From: Acanthaster planci
Taxonomy: Eukaryota
DNA length: 64,000 nt
Direction: 5' to 3'
Assembly: GCF_001949145.1 (NCBI RefSeq)
Contig: NW_019091362.1
Span: forward strand, 434,670-498,669
The position numbers and the translations under genes were made by a program. Under the pieces are notes generated by a model. It saw only the letters and a program-made list of their open reading frames with translations, did not search any database and had not been told where the DNA came from. Shown one piece after another: positions 1-10,704 of this stretch; position 1 is the stretch's first letter, and every line of letters begins with the position of its first letter.

Positions 1-202
1 ACAAGGTCTCTGAGGTGGAAGTTCATGAGGTGTATGCCATTGACGTCTTGGTCACGACCGGTGAAGGGAAAGTCAAGGAGAGAGATACGCGTACCACCGT
101 ATTCAAGAAGACTGACTCGGCCTATAACCTCAAGATGAAAGCATCCAGGGTGCTCTTCAGTCAAGTGGAGAGCAAATTCCAATCCATGCCTTTTACTCTC
201 AG
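1..202 (+). CDS. PA2G4: Proliferation-associated protein 2G4 (EBP1), internal coding exon, 5' end outside window
   Basis: Translates [67 protein letters not shown], recognisable as EBP1 (EVHEVYAVDV...YGLKMKTSR...MPFTLR). Donor AG|GTATGA at 203, phase 2. Confidence 0.95.
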
Positions 203-606
203 GTATGAGGTCACACCATCGTCGTAGTTGTTTGGTGACTGGCTTGGTTTTTAGACCAAGACTGACCAGTTCTTCATTGGGTGTGAAAAACTATGCCACT
301 TGATCACAGAGAAGTTCTCCCATCTTCAGAATATGAGCCTAGTATGAAGTCACTATTGTGTCCCTGGGCAAGGTACGCTACCATGATAAAAAAAGTACCC
401 AAGAAAAGTTCAGCTCCTTCCCAAAGGGAGATTCCACCTACAGCTGGAGGCTTGTGTGCAAAATATTACTTCAACTGTCCCGAGCTTAAGACAAAGTAGC
501 ATCATTTTGGGACGCTGAGATGTTCTGTGAATGGTTAACAATGTTTATGGGCCTGTTGATCAGGAGTAATAGACACTTTTTTCTCTCTCTCTCTGGACTG
601 ACACAG

Positions 607-829
607 GGCTTTTGAGGAGGAAGGAAAAGCACGAATGGGCGTGGTAGAGTGTGCCAGCCACAAATTATTGGAGCCCTACCCTGTCCTGTACGAGAAAGAA
701 GGCGAGCTTGTGGCACAGTTTAAGTTCACCGTTCTGGTCATGCCAACCGGTTCACTCAGGATCACCCAAGGGGTTCACCACCCAGAGTTCTACAAGACTC
801 AATACTCTGTTAAAGACCCTGAAATCAAG
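607..829 (+). CDS. PA2G4: PA2G4 coding exon
   Basis: Pyrimidine tract then ACAG acceptor (605-606). Phase matches the previous exon. Encodes [74 protein letters not shown]. Donor GTCAGC at 830. Confidence 0.95.
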
Positions 830-1191
830 GTCAGCCAGTGTTTGCCTTCATTGGAACTTTTAGGAAAGCCACGGAAAGTACAGGGTGCTAAACGAACGAA
901 CTTTTTGTCAGCCTTGCCAAATGCAACAGATTGTAACGTTGGTCAAAAGATGTTTTGCTTTGTCATACCTGTGTCTTAAATACTGTTTTTGCATTGGCTG
1001 AGAATGATCATGTGATGGGGCGACATGACCACGTCACGCTCGCCATTTGACATCACATCAGCAAGCATAGTGTACAGTGTGCTGGATAAAAGTGTAGGGA
1101 CTGCTATCCACTGCTGTCCAAAGATTCCTTTGTCCTCCGTAATTGCCCTGAAAAAAAGTAAGTGAAAAACATGCAGACAGAGATATGACAA

Positions 1192-1330
1192 AACAATTGT
1201 TGACTGCTGTGATGTGGGATGTGACGTTTTAAAAAGCTGAAGTACGCATAGTGCCCGAGGCGGAGGGCACCATGCCTACCTTAGAGTGTTCAAGACATCA
1301 TATCCCAGATCACAGTGGTCAACAGTTGTT
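1192..1330. mobile_element. Palindromic hairpin MITE-like element in PA2G4 intron
   Basis: Left arm AACAATTGTTGACTGCTGTGATGTGGGATGTGACG versus reverse complement of right arm AACAACTGTTGACCACTGTGATCTGGGATATGATG. Central GTGCCC-GAGGCGGA-GGGCAC stem-loop. Confidence 0.7.
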
Positions 1331-1844
1331 AACCATTGCATGTAATAGGAAAGGTAAGTAGTAGAGTACTTTGTGTAAGTTGACGTTGCCAAGCTTGGCG
1401 TTAATGCTGTTCATTGCGCAGTGCCACCATTTTGTTGCATTCTGTTGCATATAGCAGAGTGCCTAGAGAAAAACCTAATTGGGAGTTTGGGTTAGTCCAG
1501 CATGAGGGATGTGCCCAACCCGTGCTCTGTAAGTTCCTCACTGGTGACAGAGCGACATTGGGCGACATTTGAACAGTGTTTGGTGTTGTTTGCCTGGTGC
1601 CCATGCAAATATGCTCCCGATTTATGCAAAGAAGCTTGTGGGTGTGTCAAGTGAAATGTGTGGCTTGGTAAAGGGCTCCCTCTTTTGTTGCCCAGTGGGA
1701 ATTTTTGTTAGGCTCCAACAGCTGTGAATCTACAAAATCATGCGAGATCAGCTGTTAAATTGGGATGGATTTGGGGTGATAAAGGGTTGATGTTGGAAGT
1801 TTCAAAATCGTCACATCATATTTTGAGGTTTGTTTTCTGTTCAG

Positions 1845-1898
1845 GCATTGTTGCAGTTGTCAGCCAACCGCAAGGCAGCCAAGAAGAAGAGAAAGAAG
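1845..1898 (+). CDS. PA2G4: PA2G4 coding exon (lysine-rich region)
   Basis: TTTTCTGTTCAG acceptor, 54 nt encoding ALLQLSANRKAAKKKRKK (human ALLQSSASRKTQKKKKKK), donor AAG|GTATTT at 1899. Confidence 0.92.
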
Positions 1899-2348
1899 GT
1901 ATTTATGTCCCTTGCAGAGAAAAAGTCGAACGTTTGGTTCTCTCAAACGTAATTCATGCAGACTGATCTGAAGTTCAATAATGACTTCTGAACCTTAACC
2001 ATTTCATCAGAGAGCAGGGTTCGTCATCATATAGACATCAGTATTGCAGGCTATTTTAGATAATTATTTATGAATTCATTATGCAGATAGATATCAAACT
2101 GTAAATTTGCAACTTCAGCACCCTTGTTTTTCATGTTCATAGGAAGTTTGGTCATCCAGGTTGAAATACTGACTTAGACACTGGCACGAGACCCAATCCA
2201 AGCGTCTAATACCAAGCTGTTTTTTTCTTTGATGGGTATACCGTGCATTGGAGATGATACAACATGCTATAAGGAGTGTCTCAATGGTGATCGGCTTGCT
2301 TCTGCTTTCTTTCTTCATTTTCCCATTTTCATTTCTTTCTTGCCGCAG

Positions 2349-2426
2349 GCTGCCAGCAAAGCGGCAGATGCAGCTGAAGCAGTCGAAGACGCTGAGGCCC
2401 CGGAGCTCGTTGACGAGAGCAAGTGA
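2349..2426 (+). CDS. PA2G4: PA2G4 last coding exon
   Basis: Long pyrimidine tract and GCAG acceptor, phase 0, encodes AASKAADAAEAVEDAEAPELVDESK then TGA. Confidence 0.88.
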   Translation, partial: AASKAADAAEAVEDAEAPELVDESK

Positions 2427-3261
2427 ACCAGTCGTCCTCCCCCTGCCCCCTCTCCTAGCTCCTCCCCCTTTGGGGACCTCTTTACATAATGCCCACACAT
2501 AACAGGAGAAGGACTACAGAGATTATGAAGACGGGGTGAGTGGTGAGTTTACGACAACAGGAGGAATCGTGAGAAAGCAAAAAATTTGGGAAGCGAACGG
2601 CTGTAACGTTTGGAAAAAAGGATTCTTTTGGGGGGATTAGGTGGGTACGAGAAAGTTTGGTTCCAGTTTTGGTGTCTCGAGGTACACTAGCGTCCCAGCT
2701 CATTCTTAAATGTGTTGCACTCTCCAGAGTGTTCATTGAGGCAGTCTCACTCTTCAATGTAACAATGCCAGTGGGATTTCCCCCCCCCCCCCGGAATTTT
2801 ACATTCATTCTAAGTGTGAACTGGCCAAAATAGTTGACTCTCAATGATCACGTTGATCTAAAAAGAATACAAATGATTGTTTAGTAGCAAGTATCTATTT
2901 TTGGAGAGGAGCCATAATAGTTGTGGCAAAGTAAGCCTTGTTTACAATTTGAGCAAAATCGGGTCTGAGCATTTTTTTGGGGGGGGATTTGGAATTGGCT
3001 CTGGCTTGGCAACTTTGGTTTGGCCTCTTAGGAGCATTTACAGCGGTGCCATTGATGGCCACGGTATGAGATGAAAACTATGTCAGATTTAGTTTATTGA
3101 ATAAGAACCCTACTATTGTGAGTTGTATGGATTTCTGTTTTCCAACTTGTACATGAGCAAGCAAAGTCTTTGCCCACTCAAAACATCTATCTACACCAAG
3201 TCGACTCTTTAGGATGCTCTAACATTCTTTTTGTTCAGTTTGGTCGTCATATTTGAAAGTT

Positions 3262-3390
3262 GTGGCTATGGGTAGTGATAATACATGGGCCTATTGGAGC
3301 CACTGCCTAGAGGTTGTGGCTACTTCTTATGGATGTATGTTACTTGTAGCCACAGCCAGTTTATTCAAACATGGGTGTACAGTGTTTGGT
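3262..3390 (+). repeat. Old dispersed repeat fragment, inverted copy at about 19684-19818
   Basis: TGGCTATGGGTAGTGATAATACATGGGCCTATTGGAGCCACT aligns by eye with the reverse complement of about 19776-19817 (TGGCTATGGTTTAGGATAACATATGTCCCTATGGGAGCCACT). Similarity continues to GTGTTTG. Confidence 0.55.
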
Positions 3391-4616
3391 TTCTGTTGGC
3401 TGTTAAACATCCATTGAATTACAGATATTTGAATGTGGCGCCCTCTTGTGATATTTTGCTTTTTTCTTAACTATTTTCCTTACACTCCATATCCTTTCAG
3501 CAGGATCTGGGAATGTTAGAATTAAAGCGGCAGATTTTATAATGGAGCTTGTTTTTCCCAATTTATCAGTTTGTCTTAAAAGGACAGATGGAGATTTCTG
3601 TTTGGATCTTTTCATTTATCTTCGTTTATTTACCTTCAGAATCAGCTTGTGACTCCTTTTAAAATATGTTTGTGCAGCTTGCAAAAGCTTCCGTTTTTGA
3701 CATATTTCTGGTGTGAATTTGTGACCAAATCATGTGTGGAACTGATTTTCATGACTCAAGAAGTTAGAATTACAAGGTTGATTGAATTCTTAACGGCCAT
3801 TTTTGTCTAAACCATTGTGTATCTTTGCCATGAATATTCTGTTCTGAAGCAGTATTTGTGACTGGATTCAAACTGATTCAGTTTTGTACCCCATTTCGAG
3901 TGTAAATTCAAGTTAGTAATATAATGGATGCGTAATCCTCATGTTAGCTAATTTTAATGTAGAAATTAATTTTTCTGAAATGGCTGACCTCAAAGAATTC
4001 CGAGGCAGTTTTCATTCTGAGCCAATTTGAATTGACTGGAGTGATTGTTGGTCAGAACCCAATAAATCTACCTCCAACTGTTGGATTTGACTCACACCAA
4101 CAAATACATATAAAAAGGTCGCAATTGGAAATTGGATTTAACTGGCAATTAAACAAAAGGGCCACCAGCACAAAGTGCACTTCATCCAAAATACAATGTA
4201 AATTTCTTTTGACGTTAGCGTTCAGGTAATGCCAGCCCTATCCTAAAGACAGTCTCTATCCACAATGTCTATGGGTCACCCTCAGAAACTGCAAAGCAGA
4301 TAGCTTTTGCAGCGTGGTCTGTTTGCTACCAGCAATGATTTCACAGTCCATCCATGACTGGTAGTCACATTTTTAGCGGCTTAAATTCCTGGTTTTCAGT
4401 TTCTTGGCCAAAATACCTCGGATGCTCTGACTGTAGTGGGGTTTCTTAAATGTTCTCTTGAGACAGGTCATAATAAAGACAAAGAATCTTTTCTTGAATT
4501 CCTCACAGGTGAGTTTACTTTTTGAAAAAAAAAATCTGTTGTAGATTTCAGGAACTCCCGAGTCACAGAAATGGGAGTGGGGAAGGAGGAAAGACCAAGT
4601 CTGCAAAAACCTCTCC

Positions 4617-4782
4617 AACATCGCAGTTGTTTTTTTACTTGAACGTCGTAGGACTGAACATTTTGTTCTGCAATGTCAAGCCTTTGTCAAAGTATTCCTA
4701 ACATCGCAGTTGTTTTTTGACTTGAACGTCGTAGGACTGAACATTTTGTTCTGCAATGTCAAGCCTTTGTCAAAGTATTCCT
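4617..4782. repeat. Near-perfect tandem duplication, 83 bp x 2
   Basis: 4617-4699 and 4700-4782 both read AACATCGCAGTTGTTTTTT(T/G)ACTTGAACGTCGTAGGACTGAAC...GTCAAAGTATTCCT with one visible mismatch. Confidence 0.95.
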
Positions 4783-5216
4783 TTGTAAAAAGCCCATATG
4801 ACTTCACACTTTGTTTACATGTGCACTTTCCTATGGAGCCAGTTGGGGTCCATAGTCCACTAATCTGTTGACCCTTTCCAAGCGTGCACTGGGTCGACAG
4901 ATTTTGTGCATCGTGGATCCTGTGAGTCTTCTGGTGGGAAAATTATTTAAATGCAAGAACAGACATTGCAATTAAGTTTGAATTGTTTATGTTGACAAGC
5001 TCATTAAATATTTGGATGACATTTTTATAATTTGTGACACATACACACCTGTACTTCAAAACAAGTGATTAATCTCGGCAAGTTTTTATACAGCCAGTTA
5101 GCAGACAATGCCCTTTAATTTCAGTGTTTATGATTTTTACTCTGTAAATGAAAAAAATCCAAGTCTCTGACAGTTTTTTAAAATGAACTAGAATTATTTG
5201 ACACACAATGTTTATA

Positions 5217-5222
5217 TTTATT
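5217..5222 (-). terminator. Candidate polyadenylation signal of the sarcoglycan gene
   Basis: AATAAA on the minus strand about 150 nt after the stop codon, followed by GT-rich TTGTGTGTC. Confidence 0.55.
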
Positions 5223-5371
5223 CATGCAAAATTTCACTACCAGATATTTGACAAGCTTAACGCAAGAAAAGTCTATCTTTATACAATACCATAACAACTT
5301 GAATACCATCAACATTGCACATGCACAAGTGGTCTTTGATCACCCCTACTACTTCAGCCACTTGGTATCTC

Positions 5372-5463
5372 CTAGGATGCTGCTGCTCCTGCTTGGTAGC
5401 CCCTAGAGGACGGACCACTCATGAACGGGGGTGGAGATCTGATCGGCGAGGGCAGTGGACGTC
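5372..5463 (-). CDS. SGCE: Alpha/epsilon-sarcoglycan exon 12 (last coding exon)
   Basis: Acceptor TTTTCCCCCCAG. Phase 1 after exon 11 gives (G)RPLPSPIRSPPPFMSGPSSRGYQAGAAAS then TAG. Joined directly to exon 10 it reads (R)TSTALADQISTPVHEWSVL then TAG at 5403-5405. No homology support for this tail. Confidence 0.7.
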
Positions 5464-5827
5464 CTGGGGGGAAAAGCAGGAACAGAAAACGTGACTTCAA
5501 ATTGGAAACAGCTTGAGGAAAAGAGGTCAGAATTAGGCCCTATCGTCCCCAAGCCGTGCCTAGACTAGGCATGTCTGTCTACAGCTTTTTGGCAAGCAGT
5601 GCCCATTATTGCTACCACAACAGTGTGAACGCTGGAGCTGACTTTATTCAACAGCTGTGCAACAAAATCATTTGAAAATTAACAAACAAAAAGGTTAATT
5701 TTTGCACAAGCAGTTGCTACATTCTAGGCACTACAATGCTTCAGGCAGGCAACTCATGTAGGGGAACGGCTGAAGAGAATGTCTTTTCAAAATGGACAAT
5801 TTCTGGAAATTCAATGCAGGACACTGA

Positions 5828-5946
5828 GGCCATGTCCGAAACTGGCTTCCAGAGCTACGGCTAGGTCTATTGTCTACACATCTCCACGCATTTCCAATGG
5901 AGCGGAGACCTAGACCTAGCTCTAGACAAGAGATTTGGATGCAGCC
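5828..5946. mobile_element. Small hairpin MITE, PIF/Harbinger-like (3-bp TSD TGA)
   Basis: TGA|GGCCATGTCCGAAAC...GATTTGGATGCAGCC|TGA with internal inverted pair AGAGCTACGGCTAGGTCT / AGACCTAGACCTAGCTCT. Confidence 0.55.
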
Positions 5947-8009
5947 TGAGAGTCCAAAATTTTCGACAACTAGGTTTACGAGAAAGTTGCAACTTAAAAA
6001 ACACCCAAAAAATCCCTGGATAAATCGATTCTTCCGAATCATTGAAAGCGAACTGCATCTGCACAGCTCTGGGGAAGAATTCTATACACAGACATCAATA
6101 TTATTTGCCTTCTGAGACAAACCAGCCTTCAGAAAGTGATAACGTCCTAACAAGTCAAATTTAGCAGTGGAAAAATTGAAGCATTTACTTAGAAAGCTTT
6201 TTTTTTTGGAACCAGTCTCTCAGTGCAGATCTAGAGGGTTCTCTCAGTCAATGTCGGGAGTAAATGTCAGACACGTGAAGGAAATTGTGTAGGCGATGTC
6301 AGCAGGAGAACTAAGGCCTCTGAGGAACGGAAAGGGTGATGTTGGAGGAACTGTTTCATATTTCAACACACCCACATCATTCATGTCATGTAGCCATGTT
6401 CCTGAGCAGGAGTCATGCTATTTCCTGTAGACATGACATTGGAGTTCCCACTCGGCTTTGGTTTGTACAGAACTTACCTCAAACCTGTAATTTGACTTTT
6501 TACTTCTATTAAAACCAACTCAACATGATCTAGAAGTTGAATTTATAAATTTTACTTGATTCTTGATGCATCAAATTTTCTTCCTTGATCCAAGAAAGGA
6601 AGGAGGCCAGAGCAAGCTGGAAATCAGTTAACCTTCCTTCTGCTGGAACAGACACAAGTCAAAAATTCCTTCCACTTGATTTGCCCCAGTACACAAACAC
6701 AGGGATCACTTGACTGATTTTGACTGACTGATCGGTTAACTTTGTTCAGAATGCACCTTTTTTGCACAGGGGGATTTCAAAGGAACGTACATGTACAGGC
6801 AATGCAGACTGCTGTAAGGTATACAGCAATGAGTGGGAATAACCTACAGCTGTTACATGCTCTAAGCAATGCTACACAATGCTAACAAATCAAAAATAAA
6901 TTTTTATGAGAACATGGGATTTTGTCACGGAAATACTTCAATAAAAATGCCATTATGTCTCAGTGGTTGGGATGAAAATAGAAACAGAGGAATTGACAGT
7001 CTGACTATTGTACTTGTTAAGGGACAGAACTGTACTTGAATATTTCCTCAATTTAACAGCCTCTTGCACCGTAGACATACATGTAAACAGCTCAGTATAT
7101 GCTGTGGGTGTGTCTGAAAAAGGCTTAATTTATTTGAAACACATTTACAAAGATGAATGTTCCAAAGCAAACCCGGATTATGCCATGTTTCAGATTCTGT
7201 GCTTCCAGATGCCATCTTTGAGACGGCACCCCTGGAATTTTTTGCCAGGGGAAAGAAACTGACAAACCATTGACAGTGGAAGGGGTAGGTTCATAGCTTT
7301 TCAAAGCAAACTGTTCTGCCATTTCTTTTGCTTTTATTTCCCTTTTTTTGGGGGGGAGGGTGTGGATGGCACCACTTTTCCCCCTTGCAAAACCCATGCT
7401 TGGAGATGATCTTTCAATGAAGTCAAAGATTCTTCAACTACAAATACGTGTACTGTGGCAGACACAGCTGACAAATAAATGGGCCAAAGTAAAATAAAGC
7501 TTGAAATTGCCCTCAGAGTATGTATAGCAAAATGGTGTAGATCAGTGAAAAGAAGAACAAAACTACTCAGGAGAAATGGAGCTAGTGAACTAACAACAAA
7601 ATAAAATTCTCAACAAAACCATTTGCTCCAACAAAATCCAAAATCAAACTTTCATGGTCAACAGAAACTCTGGATTTGGGCACTGTTGTTACAATTTTTC
7701 ACTAACTAAAATTACTCTAGATACACGTGACTTCCTCAACTTAAACTCTGAAAAAAAATCAGAACTGACCCAAAGGATGGTCAGAATGTTAGGGCCAAGT
7801 CCCTCATCGTGAAGTGAGGTCTCAGGCCTGGATAGAGGGAGTAAGAAGCAGTTGGATAAAAAGGAAGAGCAAGACAACATGGAGAGACAAGTACGAAATA
7901 TGATAGCTGGAAAACAAAGGGTCGCATGGTAAGGAAACAGAAGATGAGATGAGATAAGAAACGGTGTGGAGAATAGATGAGACAGAATAGATTAAAAATG
8001 ACGATAGAG

Positions 8010-8545
8010 TAGGGATGATGGTGGTAATGATTGTGGTGATGTGAAGTGATGATGCTGGTGGTGATGTGAAGTGATGATGGCAATGATGGCTGTGGTGATG
8101 AGAAGTGATTATAGTGGTGATGGTTGGGGTGATGACAGTAGTGACATGAAGTGATGATGGTGGTGATAGTTGAGGTGATGTGAAGTGATGGTTTTGGTGA
8201 TGTAAAGTGATGATGGTGATGGTGATGAGAAGTGATGGTGGTGATCTGAAGTGATGATCGTGGTGATGAGGTGGGATGATAGTGGTGATGTGAAGTGATG
8301 ATGGTGGTGATATGAAGTGATGATCATGGTGATGAGGTGGGATGATGGTGGTGATGTGAAGTGATGATGGTGGTGATATGAAGTGATGGTTGTGCTGATG
8401 TGAAGTGGTGATGCAGTGATGTGAAGTGGTGATGGTGGTGATGTGAAATGATGATGGTGGTGGTGATGTAAAGTGGTGATGGTGGTGATGTGAAGTATTG
8501 ATGGTGGCGATGTGAATGGGGTTCAAGGCAGTTGGTGGTGGTGTT
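8010..8545. repeat. Compound (GAT/GGT)n-GTGAA low-complexity minisatellite
   Basis: Repeated GGTGATGTGAAGTGATGAT-type units. It produces the spurious His/Thr/Pro-rich ORFs at 7781-8797. Confidence 0.95.
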
Positions 8546-9035
8546 AACAAAACTGGTGGCTTTGATAGTAGGGGGAGATAAGATTATACATGTACACACA
8601 GTTGGTGAAGATTCAATCAGGAATTGAAAATAGGAGAGAAGATAAAGGTAGACAGAGTGATAATTCTTTGGAAGAATTGACCGACGAGAGCTGTACAAGT
8701 ACAACTCTAACAACTTAAAAGCATGAACTGATACAATCTGTATAATCAGGAAGAACAGAGCTTGCCTAGACATACACGGTGAAATCTGGCATATCAACTG
8801 TGTTTATCAGAAGTCAAGGTAACTATGAAACGAGAGCTGAAGCCAAGGTGTACTGAAATGCGACGTCATTTTGAACCAGAAAGTGTAGTGCAAATCAATG
8901 GAGTACTCGCATGTTGGTTCTCGTGCTCATGCATTTTACACACATAATTGTGCATGTGATGTATTCACTTTGGTACTCTGTAAAGCTGGCAGAAAAAGTC
9001 AATCACAAAATGCAATTCATCAGATGTGACATTAC

Positions 9036-9082
9036 CTCTTGGGTTGCCTGGTTCAGACAGACGCCTGTTGTCAAACGGATCG
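9036..9082 (-). CDS. SGCE: Sarcoglycan exon 11 (47 nt, frame-shifting if skipped)
   Basis: Acceptor TTTCATTTCCTCATACAG, donor AG|GTAATG. Enters in phase 2 as exon 10 requires, encodes (S)DPFDNRRLSEPGNPR(G), and exits in phase 1. Confidence 0.7.
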
Positions 9083-10354
9083 CTGTATGAGGAAATGAAA
9101 TGAAAAGTAGTCAGGCTTCCAAGATGTAAAAAAAAGAGGGAAGGGTAACGCAGTATTCTTGGATGCCTGTGAATTTGAATGTGCAAACCTACAACACAAT
9201 TCATTACCATCACAAGGACTGAATTATCATTTGAAAACTGGGTGTTGTAAGCTGCCAAGCAATTCACACTGTCCAATTTGCTATAGTACAGTGTATTATA
9301 CTTTGACATACATTTCGCATAATGAAATGGGGGAAACTAAAATAGCACACTAAACGTTCAAAAGATTTCTTGACAACTGTTTGGCTAACACCAATAGTGT
9401 GACCTGGTGTGAAACTTACTGATTGGTTTCTCAATATTATTTTTGCAAATTTCCCTGACATGAAAGAAAATTTTTTGAGAACTGCCCATTTTACACAAAC
9501 ATGATGCCTGGCAGGTGTCCAATTCAGACTGATGCAAATTTCATGTGTAGTTTCCAAGATTTCATCCTTATATGTTAATTCATGTTTACACTTGTTTACC
9601 TTCGGCCCCACCTTTGATAGTTTAACTTTGCTCACACTCATTTGCATAAGATTTGCATTACATTTGCATTAGAAGTGTGGCCATGTAAAGGATTATATAG
9701 CGATTAGGACTCAAGTGTTTTTTGGCACTTCGTGGGAGCTGATATTCATTTTTACCATTGTATTTCGTGTCGCTTTTGCCTCAATTCTCATCAAAATTAG
9801 AAGGAGTTTCGAACATACATTGGACTTCTGACTCTGGCAACTGTTTGTACGACCCAAGTCGCTGTGAATGTGAGTTATTTGGAGGATTCCGATCGATCCG
9901 CTTAATTCTTCGTGAACATAGTAAACTTTGCCAAGTTTGTGACTGACTCTGTGTAAACAACGTTTGCTATGTACATCGAGATCCAGTGACAAGGTGAAAT
10001 GATTTGATTGAGAATTTAAGGCATTATATGAAATACACGTGTAAGACTTGTCAGTTTGATTAATGCCCACGGTCGCTACATCACAAACTAGCCCTATGAT
10101 GTGAACTACAAGCATGTCAAGACTTTGCACATGCATACATTCCTGAATGTATGCACCAAGTCCAGCCCAATACTCAGAATTTTTGATGAAAACTGAAACT
10201 GAATCTAGGGACATAAAAAACATTCCAAAAACATTCCTTTAAGTTTTGAATATCTAGTTGAATTGCACGTGAGTTAATAATTGAATTAAAACAGCTCAAT
10301 AATAAAACCCTGAAATTTCCTTTTCTGTGTCACATTTTGGACAGAGAGTGTGTC

Positions 10355-10497
10355 GGTCACTCGTGCACGTCCATGCCACACTTGGGCCTGTGAGTGACCA
10401 GAACAGGGTTCTATATCCCTTGGTCTTCGGCCTCAGGAAATAGGACCCTCTTCTGGTCAGTTAGTCACTCAGGGCACATAGATGTGCACTATTGACC
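10355..10497. mobile_element. Palindromic hairpin MITE-like element
   Basis: GGTCACTCGTGCACGTCCATG pairs with CATAGATGTGCACTATTGACC, and TGACCAGAACAGGGTTCTAT pairs with ATAGGACCCTCTTCTGGTCA. The central CTTGGTCTTCGGCCTCAGG resembles the reverse complement of the core at about 1255. Confidence 0.7.
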
Positions 10498-10578
10498 TCA
10501 TAACCAGTCCATATGTGTATCATAAGGCTTGTTTCAAGAGACACCAAAGTAATCTACAAATTCAACTACTCCACCGAC

Positions 10579-10704
10579 CTGAAGCTTGTTTCTTGATGTC
10601 CTGGGGTTGTTGGTAAGGATGGGTGCTGAGGTGGGACACGGTACGGGGGTGGGGACGTACGACTAAACATTGGGGTGCTCGTCATGGGCAACGCATCAGG
10701 GTCA
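10579..10704 (-). CDS. SGCE: Sarcoglycan exon 10 (cytoplasmic, PPxY motif)
   Basis: Acceptor TTTCTGTTGCAG, phase 2 matches exon 9. Encodes DPDALPMTSTPMFSRTSPPPYRVPPQHPSLPTTPGHQETSF. Donor AG|GTCGGT. Confidence 0.82.

Noticed and set aside
203..2348. Intronic H/ACA or C/D snoRNAs in PA2G4 introns (hairpins near 270-370, 1010-1125 and 1980-2110 with ANANNA-like boxes)
   Set aside because: No ACA box at the expected distance after a second hairpin and no convincing C/D pair. One candidate overlaps a SINE-like TTGTGTCCCTGGGCAAG motif. An Infernal/Rfam search would be needed.
7781..8797. His/Thr/Pro-rich ORFs up to 242 aa
   Set aside because: They are translations of the GAT/GGT minisatellite, with no splice or homology support.
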